A DNA stretch of 64,000 bases from Bugula neritina (lineage: Eukaryota; Animalia; Bryozoa), in contig OZ037773.1 of assembly GCA_964035545.1 (NCBI GenBank), positions 6,105,751-6,169,750 on the forward strand. The letters are read 5' to 3'. Position 1 is the first letter of the stretch. Every line of letters starts with the position of its first letter. Position numbers and translations under genes: made by a program. Of this stretch, positions 60,501-64,000 are shown piece by piece. The notes beneath the pieces are model-generated. The model saw only the letters and a program-made list of their open reading frames with translations, was not told the DNA's origin and ran no database searches.

Positions 60501-63118
60501 CTACGACTTGTTAAAATCTGCAACTCAGTTTGAGTTACATCGAGTTGTCGCTGTGCTGTCAGAAGTTGCCTTCTCAATTCCGTTCTCGTTACATCCAGGT
60601 CTCCATGAACAGGCACGATTTTCACGGAAACGCCAGTGTTGGACGGAATATTGTGATTTTCCTAATTATCACAATAAAATAACATAAGAAGCCCCTGTGA
60701 CTACCAAAGAAACTCTGAAAGTAATTGAAATTAAACTTAAATTCAAGAACTAGTTGATATAAGAATCGCCGGGACATTAAAAAACTAGACTTTTTTTAAA
60801 AAAAATATGAACATGCAGAAAACTTCAAGTAATCAAAATGAAAATATGCTTACATCAATCTTGCCTTCATCAATCATCCTCACAGCACTATTTCGCAGAT
60901 GCTGAAGTTCTGCATTAAAATAAACCGTTAGTTCCTCCGTACTCTAATACACCAAAGTCAACGTGTTAGCAACAAACGACAGTACTTTCGCAAAGTTGGT
61001 GCAGCAGCCAATTTGCATTATAATTTGGGATGATCTAGGTTGAGTGAATCATGGGTGAATGTAACAGCAACGAGAAGTAAACAAGAGAATTCAAACAAAT
61101 AAACAACCACAATCTTACTGCAGATTACAAATCAGAGAAGTCAACTGTCAACATGACAACACGACGGCTTACACCAGACAGAATCATCGAGACAGGAGAA
61201 CGGCATCTTGACTAGTAAACGAACCAATTTTACAACATTGCAAGTCGTACCTATAACCTAAGTTTAGCTTAGCTTGATGGTACTTAGGCTATAGATAGAG
61301 CGCATCTAGTCTAGATATTTTCTAACAACATTAAAGCATAGTAGTTGAGTAACTAGAACTAAGAATTCACAACTAACCCATGCAGATAGAAGCTGCAAAC
61401 AACCGGAGTTCATGCACTGTTGACATGCGGGGCAATAGTGATGTTAAACCCTCCACCATCAGCAACATATACAACAAGCAGACAACAGACTGAGGCGGCA
61501 GCAAGCATTGGCAGCAAACATACGTCACTGTCGGCATCAGCTTTAGCCGCTGACTCTAATTGCGAAATCTGTGCCTGCAAAACTTTCTTCTCCTCCTGAC
61601 TTTTGTTCAGTTTACACTGCAGCTCGGCAGTCTCTGAATTTCCGTTGAGCAGCTGACGGTGGTTCTGCTTGATTACACATTCGGACTGATGCAGCAGACT
61701 GGCCAAGTCGGTGATTCTTGTCTCGGACTTATCGAGTAACATCTGCAGCCCATCAATCCTGGCGTTATGTTGATGCTCCAGCTCCGCCAGCGACTGATGC
61801 AACTCGTTTTCAAGTATGTTTTTACATTCATTCTCGGTGGCCTGTATTTATTAGTGCGAGAAAAATGGTAAACGGAAAATGTGAAAACAGGATAAAGAGA
61901 TCATGGCAGAAAACAAGTTAAAAATTGAAACCAAACACTAGAGAAAAAAAGCTCTAAAAAATTGTAGTGAACGTAACGAGCGTCAAAAAACTAACAAAGA
62001 CTTCAGCTACGCATCCGTAAACCCACCACAACTTTCTCTCTTTCTTCAGCCAATGAGATCTCAAGGTTGTGAATAGTTTCGTCCTTCTCAACCAGCGTGT
62101 GTCTCAGTTCGGAGTACTCACTTTGCAGCTGATCACTAAGAGAAACCGTGTTATTCAGTACATCTATTTTATTCTGGAGATCCTGAAAATAAATTAATCA
62201 ATTAATAAATATCAATTGATTTCTAAACGAGTAACGATGCAAAAAGCAAAATGAACCATTATGTGTCACCTACTAGTTACTAAAATAATCAATAAGTCAT
62301 TATATGACTCACTCACTGATTACCTAACTGATTAATTCACTGATTAACTTAGTCACTTACTCACTGACTAACTCACTCACTCACTCACTCACTCACTCGC
62401 TCACTCACTCGCTCACTCACTCGTTACTCACTAAACCAATCACATGCAGGGTTGGGGTCAATTACATATGAATGTAATTAATTACAATTACATGAGAATT
62501 TGTCAATTACAATTACAATTATAATTACAGTTGAAATAAATGTAATTAATTACAATTACTTTTGTTCTCACAAGAGACAAATAAAAGTTATATAATCTCA
62601 CTTCTGAGGTTCAACTATCAGGGGCAATTTTGACAACTGAAAACCTTCTTTGTTCTTAACAGTAACCAATATGGTGGTAAATATGGCATTAAACTATTCT
62701 GAACTTATATTAAACAGTAGGCAAGGCAGGAAAAATATGAATGTTATAAGATTTAAAAATTTGAAGTAATTATTATGTAATTATAAAGTAATTGTGAAAT
62801 TTAATTACATAAGCAATCTAATTAATTACAATTACAATTTTATACATCAATTACAAATTGCATTCAATTACTTGAGAAAATGTAATTAATTACAACCAAT
62901 TACAATTAAAAATTACAATTAACCCAACCCTGATCACATGGCCAGGAAGGTTATCAACTTACATCATTGGTCTCTTTCAAAGCTTGATTACACGCTTTCA
63001 GTTCGTGTATCTTTGATGACTTTTTATCCAAGTCTGACTCAAGTAAAGTGACAGAAAGACTAGCTTCTTCCGCTTTCTTCAAGCTCTCCGACATGTTCCA
63101 ATTCTTCTTCCTCAAATC
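57598..63118 (-). CDS. Kinectin / ribosome-binding protein 1 (KTN1/RRBP1)-like coiled-coil protein, 3' part only
   Basis: Phase-0 exons 63118-62963 (DLRKKNWNMSESL, cf. DLREKNW.AMEAL), 62182-62027, 61841-61524, ~60661-60491, 59215-59033 plus 58721-58593 (YKQALIETEAMLDKL, cf. Y.SVLAETEGILQKL), ~58182-58132, ~57693 onward. 5' exons lie beyond the window; middle and last exons are uncertain. Confidence 0.65.
57700..57905. repeat. ~19-bp degenerate repeat GGTAAGTACGTACAGCATT next to a minus-strand acceptor
   Basis: About 10 imperfect copies ending at the acceptor near 57695. Confidence 0.9.
58735..58975. repeat. 24-bp minisatellite with internal palindrome, ~10 copies
   Basis: Unit GTGTTTACTGTTACCTGGTAACAC containing TGTTACC-T-GGTAACA. 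Confidence 0.95.
62447..62932. mobile_element. Non-autonomous hAT MITE (486 bp) with perfect 8-bp TSD
   Basis: TIRs CAGGGTTGGGGTCAATT / AATTAACCCAACCCTG; TSD ATCACATG at 62439-62446 and 62933-62940; subterminal AATTAC arrays. Confidence 0.92.
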
Positions 63119-63624
63119 CTGTCAAGCAGTAATAATCTCAAAACTAAGCTGTAACCCAGCAATCTTGAAGCTACTATTGAGGAGGACACTTGAACAACTA
63201 GAAAACCAGTTTATTGGAAAAGCAGATGTACCTCCAGGGTTAGTGATTCACAAAGCAACTATGGTGTAGATGATAAAGTAGACACAGCAAGCTGAATTAC
63301 AGAGAGAGGAGTGTCACTATATTATTAATAAAAAAACTGCATGCTTTATTTAAAATGGGATTCATACTTGAATGTATTTTTACAGATTAATAACTTCCTT
63401 GTAAATAAATCCACTAAAAATATTGTTTACTTTGAGATTCGTTGAGAAAATGAATTTTTTGCGGCCAAGCTTTGCAATCATCTAAAGATATGTATATAAA
63501 TTAAATTAACAAAATTAACTGAGAAGATGTATATTTTTTAAAAATATATTTAGGAGTTCAAGCATTTCCGAATCATTTGTCATTGGAAGATTCGCTGTAC
63601 AGCAGAGCTAATGGAGTTGTACAA

Positions 63625-64000
63625 AAGAGATATACAGAAGAGATATACAGAAGAGCTGTACAGAAGAGATATACAGAAGAGATATACAGAAGAGATATAC
63701 AGAAGAGATATACAGGAGAGATATACAGGAGAGATTTACAGAAGAGATATACAGGAGAGATACACAGAAGAGATATGCAGAAGAGCTATGCAGAAGAGAT
63801 ATACAGAAGAGATATACAGAAGAGATATACAGAAGAGATATACAGAAGAGATATACAGGAGAGATATACAGAAGAGATATACAGGAGAGATTTACAGAAG
63901 AGATATACAGGAGAGATACACAGAAGAGATATGCAGAAGAGCTATGCAGAAGAGATATACAGAAGAGACATACAGAAGAGATATACAGAAGAGATATACA
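63625..64000. repeat. 13-bp satellite (GATATACAGAAGA), runs off the window end
   Basis: Directly visible; variant monomers recur at a 156-bp interval. Confidence 0.97.

Overview
AT-rich, intron-containing genomic DNA from an animal, probably an invertebrate; the sequence alone does not fix the taxon. It is not prokaryotic, and I see no CRISPR array, rRNA or true tRNA gene. Gene models were built by hand from GT-AG boundaries with phase checks, and homologies were recognised from remembered motifs, not searches. Left to right: decayed Gypsy and Penelope-like retroelements (1-4 kb); SETD3 (-, 12 exons); an intronless, C-terminally truncated ATRIP-like ORF only 116 nt downstream of COA6 (-); a divergent promoter shared with NAA30 (+); two orphan disordered proteins with C-terminal membrane anchors (-); EIF2B2 (-, 12 exons); a secreted IGFBP-like/follistatin-Kazal protein (-); an intact, very young Mag-type Ty3/Gypsy element (307-bp LTRs, AGTCT TSD, tRNA-Leu PBS); a second secreted follistatin-N-motif protein (+); a small single-pass membrane protein (+); and the 3' part of a kinectin/RRBP1-like gene (-). 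MITEs, SINEs and minisatellites are scattered through introns. Most striking unexplained signals: (1) degenerate 6-nt-periodic tracts at the 5' end of all four conserved multi-exon housekeeping genes; (2) the probable COA6-ATRIP bicistron with a half-length ATRIP; (3) several intronic repeats built out of splice signals; (4) a duplicated 3' splice site that could switch a protein between soluble and membrane-anchored forms.
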